NCBI GenBank assembly: GCA_964531785.1
Contig: CAZHFF010000001.1
Coordinates: 7,880 to 71,879 of the forward strand
Source of the DNA: an uncultured Candidatus Saccharibacteria bacterium
GTDB lineage: Bacteria; Patescibacteriota; Minisyncoccia; Phycocordibacterales; UBA12088
Direction: 5' to 3'
DNA: 64,000 nt
Shown: piece by piece, positions 63,912 through 64,000 of the stretch
Layout of the letters: every line of letters begins with the position of its first letter
Position numbering within the stretch: the first letter of the stretch is position 1
Notes under the pieces: generated by a model
What the model saw: only the letters and a program-made list of their open reading frames with translations
Database searches by the model: none
What the model was told of the DNA's origin: nothing
Position numbers and translations under genes: made by a program

Positions 63912-64000
63912 GAGCGCACGAGCAAGCGCCATGTCCGCTCTCCGTACCGAAAAAACAAGCAAGACGCACGAACCTCGCTCGGGATGTATTTGGCTGAAGC

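Noticed and set aside
63941-64000. A possible start of another plus-strand gene at the right edge (ATG 63941; MSALRTEKTSKTHEPRSGCIWLK..).
   Set aside because: Only 20 codons are visible, which is too short to support a call or a function.

Overview
High-GC, very gene-dense bacterial window. In the 60-nt lines I hand-counted, G+C is about 58-62% over most of the window. The standard genetic code fits, since TGA, TAA and TAG all terminate good ORFs. I support about 56 protein-coding genes. By eye I see no rRNA, tRNA, CRISPR array, transposase, integrase or reverse transcriptase.

Layout:
(i) 1-19.3 kb holds mixed housekeeping and stress genes. These are a PhnB-like VOC protein (partial at the left edge and absent from the ORF track), DUF1428, pterin carbinolamine dehydratase, Nudix, a PAS-GAF hybrid histidine kinase, RlmB, a RimK-like ATP-grasp, an S41 peptidase, dPGM, GNAT, a Cas4-like PD-(D/E)XK nuclease, an F420/NADP-reductase-like protein, a ZIP transporter divergent from a Fur/Zur regulator with a palindromic operator between them, YibE/F, MscL, an AlkD-like protein and YceI.
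(ii) 19.3-28.9 kb, all on the minus strand, is a nine-gene copper-resistance array with a CsoR repressor and a perfect 20-bp operator. It carries two CopA ATPases, CopZ, DUF305 and two versions (fused and split) of an HMA/DsbD-like/cupredoxin module. The promoter-proximal ~6 kb has clearly lower GC than the rest, consistent with an acquired island lacking mobility genes.
(iii) 29-34.5 kb holds a YadG/YadH-type ABC-2 exporter, an amino-acid-kinase-like gene and GdhA.
(iv) 34.5-63.2 kb, all on the plus strand, is the most unusual part: a ~28-kb cell-surface locus. It contains a 3,345-aa repeat protein and a 1,769-aa orphan protein. It also contains three paralogs that look DUF916/DUF3324-like, and a 398-aa secreted protein that shares its C-terminal domain with the giant protein (WxL-like, tentative). 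A dockerin-bearing 642-aa protein completes it. A 3.3-kb wedge of housekeeping genes (aminotransferase, PepA, polyprenol-kinase-like) interrupts the locus.
The window ends with Hsp20.

Window-wide patterns:
- Many genes have a TANNNT hexamer ending 6-8 nt before the start codon and no Shine-Dalgarno, which points to leaderless mRNAs.
- GC-rich stem-loops sit between convergent genes.
- Perfect TTATCCACA (DnaA-box) nonamers recur in intergenic regions of the surface locus.

Taxonomy cannot be determined from this window. The style is compatible with a small-genome lineage such as Patescibacteria/CPR, but that is inference only. All family assignments come from motif recognition by eye and need profile searches.
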